DNA of 64,000 nt from Candidatus Shapirobacteria bacterium (GCA_022837635.1 JALHFY010000001.1:234202-298201); one strand, 5' to 3'. Numbered from the stretch's first letter, positions 1 to 9,247 are shown. A program made the numbers and translations. The notes: generated by a model from the sequence alone, not told the origin.

Positions 1-302
1 TTAACTACATTTTTGGCTACATATTTAGTAGCGGAAATATAGGGTATTTTTTGTTGTTTAATGCGAACGAATTCTTTACGAGTACGATCGAAAGCTTTAT
101 AAGATGAACCAATAATAGCTAGGTCGATACGGGAATTGATTTCAATTTTATTAATGGGAATAAGGGCATTTTTGAGTTGGATACTAAAAGGTGGATAAAT
201 CTTGTCTTGATCAGAACCGGTAACTTGATACCCTTGTTTTTTTAAGGCCAAGGCTAAAGGAGCAGTCATAGAGCCGGCAATGCCTACAATATGAATGTGC
301 AT
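1..302 (-). CDS. Mur ligase family protein, N-terminal part (Mpl/MurC-like); runs off the window edge
   Basis: Not in the ORF track. Manual translation from the ATG at 302 gives MHIHIVGIAGSMTAPLALALKKQGYQVTGSDQDKIYPPFS..., the MurC/Mpl Rossmann start (HIxGIxG...G..VTGSD...YPP). It begins 3 nt after the upstream stop. Confidence 0.8.
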   Translation of the reverse strand, partial: MHIHIVGIAGSMTAPLALALKKQGYQVTGSDQDKIYPPFSIQLKNALIPINKIEINSRIDLAIIGSSYKAFDRTRKEFVRIKQQKIPYISATKYVAKNVV

Positions 303-305
303 TGT

Positions 306-911
306 TTAATTATAAGATATCCACTTATCTTTGACAAAATATTCAAAGTTAGGAAAATTACGTTTATAAAAACCGAGCTTAGTTTCAGGATTAAAGCGAC
401 CAAGATAACAATATTTTAATTGTTTCTCCTGGCTATCAATAACAACTTGTAGAGGTAGACGAATGGGCAAATCACTGTGGCTGTAATGGGGATCATAAAA
501 AACATAGGCAATGTGGGCAATATTTTGATTAAAGAAGCACAAGGAATAGGCACAAATTTGATTAGAACGCTGATTATCAACCCAAAGATAAACAAAATTA
601 AAAATATGATCAGTAAAAACAGTTTTAATACTGCTGGCAGGAAAATTCCAATTTAGAGCTTTAGTCCAAGTAGAGAGTTGCTTTTGTAAGCTGGGAGTAT
701 AAGTAAAATCTTTAAGAGGAAGTAGTTTATAGGAAAAATGGGCGGTTTTTTTGAGGATACGACGATTTTCCGAGGAAAGTTGCGAATCTTGAAGTCGACT
801 GCGACAGCTATAGTTGTTGTCGGTATAAAAATAACCGGCTTGGTTGCGTTGAGGTAGCCAACCTTGTTCGTAAATTTCTTCGAGATTGAGATTACTAGTG
901 AGGTTATACAT
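306..911 (-). CDS. ATE1/Bpt-like aminoacyl-tRNA-dependent transferase (arginine-tRNA-protein transferase-like, GNAT/Fem fold)
   Basis: Motifs EQGW...SCR...LSSENRRILKK (cf. S-K/R-SQRR..KN) and AYVFYDPHY...KYCYLG...YKRNFPNFE (cf. VY.FYDP...YLYLGY...YK..F.P.E). The probable start is the ATG at 911, overlapping the murE stop (ATGTATAA), giving 201 aa. Confidence 0.65.
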   Translation of the reverse strand: MYNLTSNLNLEEIYEQGWLPQRNQAGYFYTDNNYSCRSRLQDSQLSSENRRILKKTAHFSYKLLPLKDFTYTPSLQKQLSTWTKALNWNFPASSIKTVFTDHIFNFVYLWVDNQRSNQICAYSLCFFNQNIAHIAYVFYDPHYSHSDLPIRLPLQVVIDSQEKQLKYCYLGRFNPETKLGFYKRNFPNFEYFVKDKWISYN

Positions 912-2157
912 GTTCGTTTTTGAGGCGAAAAGCGGTTCTAAAAGCTTCAGCTTCGGACCAAGGATAATCGGTTTTACCATGGAGAATTGAGCTCTCATGG
1001 CCTTTACCACAAGCGATGATAGTATCTCCAGTTTTGGCTAGAGCGACAGCTAAATTAAAGGCGTCTTGACGGTTGGGGATATCAGCATAATGAAATTTAT
1101 TTGGATTAGTGATTTCGGGGTGTTCGGGATCAATTTTTTGGGATTGTTTGGGATCGAAACCGGAAATAATTTGTTGATTAATGTTTTCAATTCGTTCTTC
1201 CCTGGTGTCATCAGCAGTGACAATGGCAATGTCAGCAATTTTGGAAACTGCTTGACCCATGAGAGGACGCTTACTGGGATCTCGACCACCGGTAGCACCA
1301 AAGATAACAATTAATCGACCTTTAGAGGTTTTTCTAAGAGAAGAGAGGGTGTTGGTAAGAGCATTGGTGGTATGAGCAAAGTCGATAATAGTTTTGAGTC
1401 CAAGGTCATTTTCGACAATTTCTCGACGGCCTTTACTGCTAGGAAAATGACGGATAGTTTTAGAAAAAATGCTGGGATCTAAATTTAATTGATGGTAGGC
1501 AGCTAAAGCAGCTAGGATATTATAAGTTTGATAGTAATAATTACTGTTGGTAATTAGTCTTTGGTTATTAACGGTAAAACTGAGTTGTTTTGAAGTTAGC
1601 TTAACTTTTTGGGCGGTAAAATCAGATTTATTTTTAATACCATAGGTAATTTGAGGAATGTGAATTAATTGAGATATGTCTTGATAGTGATCATCATCAC
1701 GATTAAGGATAGCTACATCTGATTGGGTAAAAAGTTTGGCTTTAGTTCGGACGTAATTATCCATAGTTTTATGATAATCGAGGTGTTCATGGGTAATATT
1801 AGTGATTAAAGAGACTTTGAAATGAGTACCAAAATAACGATATTGACTGAGGGCGTGGGAAGTAATTTCACAAACGACATGAGTGAAATCGGAACGTTGG
1901 TAGTCAGCGAATATTTTTTGGAGGAGTTTGGGTGGAGGTGAAGTGGTATGTAACCCTGGGCTGGTAATGGTACTGATGATGCCACATTTAAGACCGTTGT
2001 TTTCCAAAAGTTTTTGGAGGAGGGTGCAAGTACTGGTTTTTCCATCGGTACCAGTGACACCAATAAGAGTTAATTTCCGGCTGGGACGGCCATAATAGAG
2101 ATTCCAAAAAATAGCTTGAGGAAGATGCCAAAAAATATTTTTAAGAGTGCTTAACAT
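904..2157 (-). CDS. murE: UDP-MurNAc-L-Ala-D-Glu:diamino acid ligase MurE
   Basis: GVTGTDGKTST P-loop, EITSHAL, TNITHEHLDYH, DFAHT, FGATGGRDPSKRPLMG, GKGHE; located in a dcw context. Confidence 0.92.
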   Translation of the reverse strand: MLSTLKNIFWHLPQAIFWNLYYGRPSRKLTLIGVTGTDGKTSTCTLLQKLLENNGLKCGIISTITSPGLHTTSPPPKLLQKIFADYQRSDFTHVVCEITSHALSQYRYFGTHFKVSLITNITHEHLDYHKTMDNYVRTKAKLFTQSDVAILNRDDDHYQDISQLIHIPQITYGIKNKSDFTAQKVKLTSKQLSFTVNNQRLITNSNYYYQTYNILAALAAYHQLNLDPSIFSKTIRHFPSSKGRREIVENDLGLKTIIDFAHTTNALTNTLSSLRKTSKGRLIVIFGATGGRDPSKRPLMGQAVSKIADIAIVTADDTREERIENINQQIISGFDPKQSQKIDPEHPEITNPNKFHYADIPNRQDAFNLAVALAKTGDTIIACGKGHESSILHGKTDYPWSEAEAFRTAFRLKNEHV

Positions 2158-2171
2158 AAGCGATAGATGAA

Positions 2172-3740
2172 TTATAGCAATCTATTTAAGTGAGAGGCGA
2201 GATTAAACCAAATAGGGGCGGCAGTAGATGAACCCCATTGAGAGACTTGAGCATTAGAAATAGTCACAATCATAGTGTATTTAGGATTGGTACAAGGATA
2301 AAAACCGATATAGGAACCGATAGTATTGTCGCCATATTTACCGGCTACGGCCACTTGGGCGGTACCGCTTTTAGCGCAAACCGAATCCATATCTTTACTT
2401 TTGAGCTTGGCTACAGGACTGTGGTCAACAGCATAGGCCAAAATTTCTTTCATAGTATTAGTGCTTTTTTCTGAAAAGACACGGGAACTTTGACTTTGAT
2501 GGCTGGTATTTAAGTGGGCGTTAACCAAGAGGCCATTGTTGGCAATACTATTAAAAGCTTGAAGCATTTGGAGTTGATTGAGAGCAATCCCCTGTCCAAA
2601 GGAAGCAGTGGCCAGATCAATTTCTGACCAGTAAGTTTTAAGAGCTGAAACCGATTCTCCAGGCAATTCAACTCCGGTTTTTTGGTTTAATTTCAATTTT
2701 TTATAATAATCTAAAAACTTGTCCAGACCTAGGTGAGAAATGATATAGCTCATGCCGATATTGTCCGAATTGGTAATAATGTCTTTGAGGCTAGAGTCAG
2801 GGTGAAATTGCTTATCCCAATTGTTAATTGAGTCTTCACCGATAACACGGGCTTGGTTACAACGGGTACAAATCCAATTGGAATTAATAGTGCCGGAATC
2901 TAGGGCGGCGGTCATGACCAGGGGCTTAAAAATAGAACCGGGCTCGAAAAGATGAGTGATATTTTTAACTTTGGAAAAAGCTGAAGGACTGGCTTCAACC
3001 GAAGCCATGGCTAAAATTTGTCCACTTTTAGGTTCCAAAATAATGGCGGAAGCAGAATCGGCTTGGTAAGTTACCAGACCCTGTTTAAGGGTGTTTTCAA
3101 CTAATTGCTGGACTTGGCGATTGAGGCTGGTAGGTATATCTTGGCCATCAATTTCACTTTTTTGCCAATTTTTTTTGGTCAGAAGCTGACTGCCGGTGGC
3201 ATCAATAACATTTCTTTTGAAACCAACTTGGCCGGAAAGTTGACGTTTGTAAAATCTTTCTAAACCTAAAATCAGGTCAATAGCCAAGGTACCTTCGGGG
3301 TAGTAACGTTTTTGTCGAGCTTGAAAATTAGTGCCACTGATGGTGGCTAATTGATTTTTTTCTGAGGTGGAAAATTCTCCCAAAAATTCCAACCATTTTT
3401 GATTTGGTTCTCTAAACTTTTCTAATAGTTTGGCATTTTGAGTAGCGAATTCCGGTTTGACATTAGTAATTTCTTGGAGAATAGTATCTAAATCTGCTTT
3501 GAAATTGGGTTTATACAGAGCCAGACGATAATAGCTGTAATCCAGACTAAGAGGGTAGCCATCGGAACTGAGAATTTGACCTTGTCGGGGCAGGATTTTT
3601 TCCAGTTTGTAAATTTGGGCAATAGCTTGTTCATGAAGTTGTGCACCTTTGATAACTTGCCAATAAAAAAGGCGACTTAAAACCGCTAGAAAACAAAGAT
3701 AAATAACAATAAGTAGAAATTTAGAACGCTTTTTGTCCAC
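2172..3740 (-). CDS. ftsI: Class B penicillin-binding protein (FtsI/PBP2-type transpeptidase)
   Basis: N-terminal TM anchor with RLFYWQV; SxxK (GSIFKP), SxN (SDN) and KSG(TAQ) motifs; follows rsmH and the ftsL-like gene. Confidence 0.85.
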   Translation of the reverse strand: MDKKRSKFLLIVIYLCFLAVLSRLFYWQVIKGAQLHEQAIAQIYKLEKILPRQGQILSSDGYPLSLDYSYYRLALYKPNFKADLDTILQEITNVKPEFATQNAKLLEKFREPNQKWLEFLGEFSTSEKNQLATISGTNFQARQKRYYPEGTLAIDLILGLERFYKRQLSGQVGFKRNVIDATGSQLLTKKNWQKSEIDGQDIPTSLNRQVQQLVENTLKQGLVTYQADSASAIILEPKSGQILAMASVEASPSAFSKVKNITHLFEPGSIFKPLVMTAALDSGTINSNWICTRCNQARVIGEDSINNWDKQFHPDSSLKDIITNSDNIGMSYIISHLGLDKFLDYYKKLKLNQKTGVELPGESVSALKTYWSEIDLATASFGQGIALNQLQMLQAFNSIANNGLLVNAHLNTSHQSQSSRVFSEKSTNTMKEILAYAVDHSPVAKLKSKDMDSVCAKSGTAQVAVAGKYGDNTIGSYIGFYPCTNPKYTMIVTISNAQVSQWGSSTAAPIWFNLASHLNRLL

Positions 3741-3930
3741 TGATAGAAAATTTTTGGGTATATTGAACTTCTAATTGTTGATTATCAACATTGAGATCGT
3801 TGTATTTCTTTTGGAGGGCAGAATAGCGAAGATTGGCGTCAATAATTTGAGTTGAATAATAGACAGAAAAAATAATTTGAAAAACAAGTAGAGCCAAAGC
3901 AATGCCTGACAAAAAACGATTTCGAGTCAT
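3721..3930 (-). CDS. FtsL-like small bitopic membrane/coiled-coil protein
   Basis: 69 aa with one TM followed by a heptad region; sits in the canonical position between rsmH and ftsI. Confidence 0.6.
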   Translation of the reverse strand: MTRNRFLSGIALALLVFQIIFSVYYSTQIIDANLRYSALQKKYNDLNVDNQQLEVQYTQKFSISGQKAF

Positions 3931-4793
3931 GGAATTAAATAAGTTCTAAAGACAGCTGAGCGTGAAGGTGGATTGGCTAAACATTCTTGATGATCGGGGA
4001 GGTATTTTTGAGAAGAAAGTTGGTGTTTTAAGATAAATTTTTTGACCAGACGATCTTCACCAGAATGAAAAGAAATAATACCTACAGTTCCACCTGTTTT
4101 GACTATTTTTAGAGAGTTGTTAAGGAGAGATTCTAAGTTTTCAAGTTCGTTATTGACAGCAATACGGAGAGCTAAAAAAATTTTGGTGGCGGGGTGAAGT
4201 CGACTGCGGTAACGTTTTTTTTGGTAATAATCATTGATGACTTTAGCTAATTGGGCGGCGTTTTTGAAAGGTTGTTGTTGTCTTTTTTTAACTATTTCAT
4301 AAGCCAAAGGTCGAGCCAATTTTTCTTGAGCGTATTTAGTAAAAATTTGATAAAGTTGGTCCCGATCCCAAGTATTAACAATTTCTTCGGCGGTTAAACT
4401 TTGTTTTTTAGGGTTGAGACGCATATCTAGAGAAGTGTCATCATGAAAAGAAAAACCATAACCGGATTGAGATTGTTGATTGAAACTGAGACCCAAATCA
4501 GCAAAAAGAAAATCGGGTTGAGGTAACTTTTTTTTGGTAAAAATTGTTTTGAGATTGGTAAAATTGCCTAAAATAGGGTAAAAATTCTTGGTTAAATTTT
4601 GAGACTTAATTCTTTTGAGAGCAATAGCTAGATTGTTTGGGTCAGCTTCCAGAGCATAAACTGTGGTTTGACGACGTAGAAATTCCAAAGTGTGACCAGC
4701 GTGGCCCAAGGTACAATCAAAAATTATTTGACCAGCTTGAGGGTCGAAAGCTTTTAGAACAGTGGTGGACAGGACTGGAAAGTGATAGTTCAT
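3927..4793 (-). CDS. rsmH: 16S rRNA m4C1402 methyltransferase RsmH (MraW)
   Basis: HFPVL, DCTLGHAGH, DLGLS, LDMRL, HPATKIFLALRIAVNNEL, ISFHSGEDRLVK, NPPSRSA. Confidence 0.95.
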   Translation of the reverse strand: MNYHFPVLSTTVLKAFDPQAGQIIFDCTLGHAGHTLEFLRRQTTVYALEADPNNLAIALKRIKSQNLTKNFYPILGNFTNLKTIFTKKKLPQPDFLFADLGLSFNQQSQSGYGFSFHDDTSLDMRLNPKKQSLTAEEIVNTWDRDQLYQIFTKYAQEKLARPLAYEIVKKRQQQPFKNAAQLAKVINDYYQKKRYRSRLHPATKIFLALRIAVNNELENLESLLNNSLKIVKTGGTVGIISFHSGEDRLVKKFILKHQLSSQKYLPDHQECLANPPSRSAVFRTYLIP

Positions 4794-5395
4794 TGAGATG
4801 AACCATTGATGACATATTCACCGCTTTGATAATCTTGGTGAACAATATAGAAAGGACTGGTCTGTTTGGGGGCTTGAGAGAAATCTACTTCTTCCCAGAT
4901 GATTTTGCCACCGGTTTTTTTAAGGTCAGCAGCACTTTTAAGAACAAAAGGAGTTTCAAAGGTAGAGAGTTGTCCTTGACTGCTAATCAAGAGAATTAGA
5001 TTACCATGACTAACTCCGGTATCGTATTTATATTTACAACCGTTGGTACAACTTTCAGTGCCTAAAAGAATCTTTCGAGTGACAGTGCTGTTTTGGAGAT
5101 CGTTGCTTTCAATGATACCGCTAGCACCTTTTTCAATTTCCATAGCACCATCAACAGCGGTATAGGTTAATTCATATTCAATCTTGTTAATTTTGGATGA
5201 AACAGAACTTAATTTTAGATAAAGTTCATGACCGTCGGCTCGAGGTGAAAGATTGACTGTAGGCCGATCTTCAGGGGCTAATTCAACCATCCGAGGAGTG
5301 GGTGTAGGAGTAATAGTTACAGTTTTTTTCTTACGGCAACCGGAGAGAAAAAAAACGGAGAAAAGTAAAGGTAGAATAAGAAGATATTTTTTCAT
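4790..5395 (-). CDS. Predicted lipoprotein of unknown function
   Basis: Signal peptide with lipobox LSGC, then a TPTPTP linker; ESCTNGC cysteine pair; ATGA overlap with rsmH. Confidence 0.65.
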   Translation of the reverse strand: MKKYLLILPLLFSVFFLSGCRKKKTVTITPTPTPRMVELAPEDRPTVNLSPRADGHELYLKLSSVSSKINKIEYELTYTAVDGAMEIEKGASGIIESNDLQNSTVTRKILLGTESCTNGCKYKYDTGVSHGNLILLISSQGQLSTFETPFVLKSAADLKKTGGKIIWEEVDFSQAPKQTSPFYIVHQDYQSGEYVINGSSQ

Positions 5396-5399
5396 GTGC

Positions 5400-6716
5400 T
5401 TAGTTTAACTGCTTTGACAACCAAGAGTCAATTTCAGTAATTTTAACTCTAATTTGGGCCATGGTATCGCGATCTCGGATACTGACAGTATTGTCTTCCA
5501 AGCTTTGATAATCAACCACGGCACACCAAGGAGTACCGATTTCATCTTGGCGACGGTACTTTTTACCGATATTATTGCTATCGTCAAAATCGACAGAGTA
5601 TTTACTAGACAGGTCGGTATAAATTTTTTGAGCCAAGTTGACTAACTCGGGTTTGTTGGCAGCGAGGGGGAAGATAGCCAGTTTATAAGCGGCGAGATGA
5701 GGATTAAGTTTAAGGAGAGTACGGGTGTCACCGGATTTGGTTTTTTCCTCTTGGTAAGCATCGAGCAGTAAAAAGAAGAAACTGCGATCAATGCCACCGG
5801 AACTTTCAACAATCCAGGGAAGGTAACGTTCATTGGTACCTTGGTCGATATAAGATAGATCTTGACCGCTAAATTTGGAGTGTTGGGTCAGGTCGTAATC
5901 AGAGCGCCAGTGAATTCCTTCCATTTCAGCCCAGCCCCAAGGAGCTTGATATTCAATATCAAAGGCTTTTTGAGCGTAAAATGCCAACTCATCTTTTTTA
6001 TGTTGACGGAAACGAAGATTGTCCGACTGATTGAAATATTTTTGATACCAAGTCATACGATTTTCTTTCCAGTACTCATACCATTTATCCATTTCTTTAG
6101 GGTGAACAAAATATTGGATATCCCATTGTTCAAACTCACGAGTGCGATATAAAAAGTTTTTGGGAGTAATTTCATTTCGGAAAGCTTTTCCGATTTGAGC
6201 AATTCCGAAAGGAACTTTCACCCGAGTCGAGTCAACAATATTTTTGAAATCAAGGTAGATAGTTTGACAAGCTTCCCCTCTTAAATAAGCGTGCAACTTA
6301 TCACCTTCAATAACGCCAATTTCAGTTTCAAAAAGAATGTTGTATTTGCGACCCTCAGTAAAAGAGCCGCCACATTCGGGACATTTGGAATCGTCATTCA
6401 AAAGATCGGGGCGAAAACGTTTGTGACATTTCTTACATTCAACCATAGTATCAGTAAAATTAGTGACATGACCAGAAGCTTCCCAGACTTTAGGATGGGT
6501 GATGATAGAGCCATCGATTAAAACTATATCTGAGCGTAATTGGACATTGTCTCTAATCCAGAGATCTTTCCAATTCTTTTTCATGAGAGAACCAACAGGA
6601 CCGTAATCATAAAAACCTTGAACTCCACCATAAATTTCGGAATTTTGAAAAATAATCCCCCGACGTTTACAGAGGGAGACTATTTTCTGAACTTTGTCGT
6701 CTTTGTTAACTGCCAT
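5400..6716 (-). CDS. glyQS: Glycine--tRNA ligase, homodimeric (alpha2) type
   Basis: KRRG..F...EIYGG..GFYDYGP, WEASGH, PFGIAQIGKAFRNEI, RTREFEQ, IGKKYRRQDEIGTP anticodon-binding domain. Confidence 0.96.
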   Translation of the reverse strand: MAVNKDDKVQKIVSLCKRRGIIFQNSEIYGGVQGFYDYGPVGSLMKKNWKDLWIRDNVQLRSDIVLIDGSIITHPKVWEASGHVTNFTDTMVECKKCHKRFRPDLLNDDSKCPECGGSFTEGRKYNILFETEIGVIEGDKLHAYLRGEACQTIYLDFKNIVDSTRVKVPFGIAQIGKAFRNEITPKNFLYRTREFEQWDIQYFVHPKEMDKWYEYWKENRMTWYQKYFNQSDNLRFRQHKKDELAFYAQKAFDIEYQAPWGWAEMEGIHWRSDYDLTQHSKFSGQDLSYIDQGTNERYLPWIVESSGGIDRSFFFLLLDAYQEEKTKSGDTRTLLKLNPHLAAYKLAIFPLAANKPELVNLAQKIYTDLSSKYSVDFDDSNNIGKKYRRQDEIGTPWCAVVDYQSLEDNTVSIRDRDTMAQIRVKITEIDSWLSKQLN

Positions 6717-6722
6717 GTGCCT

Positions 6723-6728
6723 ATTATA
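6723..6728 (-). promoter_or_regulatory. -10 element (TATAAT) 6 nt upstream of the glyQS ATG; probable leaderless promoter
   Basis: Minus strand reads gtTATAATaggcacATG. Confidence 0.55.
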
Positions 6729-6734
6729 ACTGAT

Positions 6735-7295
6735 TTAAGTGAAAAACTTTTGACTTTTTAAGGGTTTTTCTAAAATAGATTCGAAATAATTTTTAATGGC
6801 TTTTTGGGTATTTTTATAGTCTTTTTGGTCAAAATAAAGACTGATTTGAGGATTAAGACCAAAACCGAGATTGCGGATAAAGTTGATTTCTTCACGAATA
6901 AAATCAGGATAGTTATCTTTGGCCAGGGCTTGGGTGGCGTTGCTCAAGTTCAGATAAATATCTGGCAAAATTTCTTCGGCAGGAATAATGGCATTGGCAA
7001 CTTCATAGAGAAAAAAAAGTAGATTGTATTGGGAGAGTTTTTTGGGTTGTTTTAAGAAAGGATTAACACTTTCCGATTCTGACAACCAAAAGAAAGTGCC
7101 TTTTTGATAGAGATTAAATTTGATAATATTACCAATTTCCAGATGTCCTAGACGTCGACTTTTAATGGAACGGACACCCTTGGCCAGACAGGTGATTTTA
7201 CCTAAGTTTGGGGTAAAAATAGTTAATTGTAAATCACCTTCGTGAAGTCTTTTTTTGTTGATAATAAGTCCCAGGCCTGAGGAAAAATGAGGCAT
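6735..7295 (-). CDS. recO: DNA repair protein RecO
   Basis: GLIINK...EGD..LTIFT..LGKI..LAKGVR...SRR.GHLE OB-fold, followed by a short helical C-terminal domain. Confidence 0.85.
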   Translation of the reverse strand: MPHFSSGLGLIINKKRLHEGDLQLTIFTPNLGKITCLAKGVRSIKSRRLGHLEIGNIIKFNLYQKGTFFWLSESESVNPFLKQPKKLSQYNLLFFLYEVANAIIPAEEILPDIYLNLSNATQALAKDNYPDFIREEINFIRNLGFGLNPQISLYFDQKDYKNTQKAIKNYFESILEKPLKSQKFFT

Positions 7296-9226
7296 TAGAG
7301 AGCTAGTTTGAGAGTTTTATCAGCCACCCAAGAGAAGGTGTTGGTGCTGCGACCATTAACTTTGAGTTCATATTCAACTGCTTTGGTACCGGGTTGTTTT
7401 TGTAAAAACAGAGTATAGTCTTTACTTGGTTTAATTGAAGAAATATATTCGATAGTGACTTTACTACTGGAGCTGGCATAAAGGGGGTATTTATTACCAA
7501 AAAAACCTTCAAAGACTTGTTTACCGAGTTCTTCGTATTGGACAGATTCAACCTCAGAGCCGGTAATTTTTTCTAATTTACTGCCAATGGGTGTGTAGAC
7601 TCTAAAGAGGTTTCTGTAAGCGGCGGCATTTAGACACAAATCCCCTTTTTCTAAATTACAGTTAGAGGCCTTAAAAGGATTGGTGTAGGTGATAGTAAAT
7701 TTGTGCTGAACTTGATTATTTTTACTTTCGATTTCGTGGAGAATTTTTTGAGTGATAAAAAGATTACTTTTAGCACTGGCAAAATTAGCATCGTTGAGAT
7801 GGAAGTAATCAATATTTTCCGGTGTTTGGGCAATATGTCCGGCAATATTGGCTTGTTGAGCAGCTTGTTGAATTTCCGGATCGGTAAAATAAAAAAGAAC
7901 GTGTTTTTCATTTAGGTTGGTGAAAAAAGCACTAGCTAAGGGAGCCAGTTTGGATTTTTCCGAACCCATAGCATTGGCTAAAATAGCATGCATGACTGGA
8001 CCTAAAAAGCCCTTGCGATCTTTGAGAATAAAATCACGAGGACGACCAGCAATCCATTCGAGTTCATAGATAATATTGGGACAACCATTACAACGATTAT
8101 CTTCTTTGGCAGTAAAGGTACCAACTTGGGTATCAATTTTTTCCAAGACTTTGACAATATCAACTAAAATTTTAGTATCCAAGGCGATGACAGCGTCAAA
8201 TTCGGTTTTTTTACCCATGGCTTTGTAATATTGATCAAGAAAAATCTTGGCATCAGTGGGGAAATCTGGGGAAAGATTAGAATCACGCAGATTGAGATAA
8301 GGTACGTTGATATGGTAAGACTTAATCAATCGAGGAGCTGGGGTGGTGCTGGAAATTTTATCATCAAGGTCATAAATATTACTGGAAGATCCGGCAGTAA
8401 TTTTACCCTTATCAACTTTAAGGGTGGTATAAGCGGTCCAGAAACCACCGCTGGGACGTAATTCGGCATCATTTTGGAAAATGACTAAATAATTTCGGGG
8501 TTTGTCTTTACCTAAAAGCCAGGAACTTTTACTCAAGATTGGTTTACCATTGCTAACATAGTTTTGAAATTCTCCAACTAGTTGTCTAACTTTGTTAAAG
8601 TTTTGATGAATAGGAATATCCTTATAAGTTTCCGGATAACGGCTAATATCGATGGTGGCTAAAAGCTGGTCGATTTCAGTAACTTTATTATTGATGGTGT
8701 CAAAATGAGGCAAAATACTTTCGATTGATTGTGTTAAGAAATTGATTCTATCCTCGGTTGTTTGAGCACTACTGGTGCCGGCACCCTTAAGTCCTAGGAA
8801 ATCAGCGTAGGGCTCGGCGGCTTGGATAAGAATATCTCCGGTGTCTAAGGAGTCATAACCGACTTTGATGAGAGTTTTGGCGTCTTTGTAATAGTTGTTG
8901 GCAACCGGAATGGCTCGAAGATAAGCCATGAGATTGAGTTTTTTATCAACTTCAGTGATTTGTTGCCGTAAATTAAGCAGGCTTTGTTTGCCTTGATTGA
9001 GGTCTTTATCAGCCAGAGATGTTTGGAGTTGTCCAGCAACTGTTTTAGTTTTATTGACTTCTTTGATTAAAGCCTGAGCCGGTAGATACAAAAAGAAAAA
9101 ACTAAGGACTCCTAAGCCCAATAAAACCAATAAAATAATTATTAAAAACTTAGGAACTTTAGGTAATTTCTGTTTCTTGGTCAGGACAGGTTTTGATTTA
9201 GGAGAAAGGGCAGTAGGAATTTCCAT
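7295..9226 (-). CDS. DUF4012-domain membrane-anchored protein
   Basis: N-terminal TM plus coiled-coil region; YLVIFQNDAELRPSGGF, LRDSNLSPDFP and QKQPG motifs typical of DUF4012. Confidence 0.75.
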   Translation of the reverse strand: MEIPTALSPKSKPVLTKKQKLPKVPKFLIIILLVLLGLGVLSFFFLYLPAQALIKEVNKTKTVAGQLQTSLADKDLNQGKQSLLNLRQQITEVDKKLNLMAYLRAIPVANNYYKDAKTLIKVGYDSLDTGDILIQAAEPYADFLGLKGAGTSSAQTTEDRINFLTQSIESILPHFDTINNKVTEIDQLLATIDISRYPETYKDIPIHQNFNKVRQLVGEFQNYVSNGKPILSKSSWLLGKDKPRNYLVIFQNDAELRPSGGFWTAYTTLKVDKGKITAGSSSNIYDLDDKISSTTPAPRLIKSYHINVPYLNLRDSNLSPDFPTDAKIFLDQYYKAMGKKTEFDAVIALDTKILVDIVKVLEKIDTQVGTFTAKEDNRCNGCPNIIYELEWIAGRPRDFILKDRKGFLGPVMHAILANAMGSEKSKLAPLASAFFTNLNEKHVLFYFTDPEIQQAAQQANIAGHIAQTPENIDYFHLNDANFASAKSNLFITQKILHEIESKNNQVQHKFTITYTNPFKASNCNLEKGDLCLNAAAYRNLFRVYTPIGSKLEKITGSEVESVQYEELGKQVFEGFFGNKYPLYASSSSKVTIEYISSIKPSKDYTLFLQKQPGTKAVEYELKVNGRSTNTFSWVADKTLKLAL

Positions 9227-9232
9227 GTGTTA

Positions 9233-9241
9233 ATTCTAGCA
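9233..9241 (-). promoter_or_regulatory. Extended -10 (TGcTAGAAT) 6 nt upstream of the DUF4012 ATG
   Basis: Minus strand reads TGCTAGAATtaacacATG. Confidence 0.5.
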
Positions 9242-9247
9242 TGAAGA

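Noticed and set aside
912-1010. N-terminal extension MVKAMRAQ... of the 234-aa ORF
   Set aside because: It lies inside murE in another frame; the ATG at 911 overlapping the murE stop is the more plausible start.
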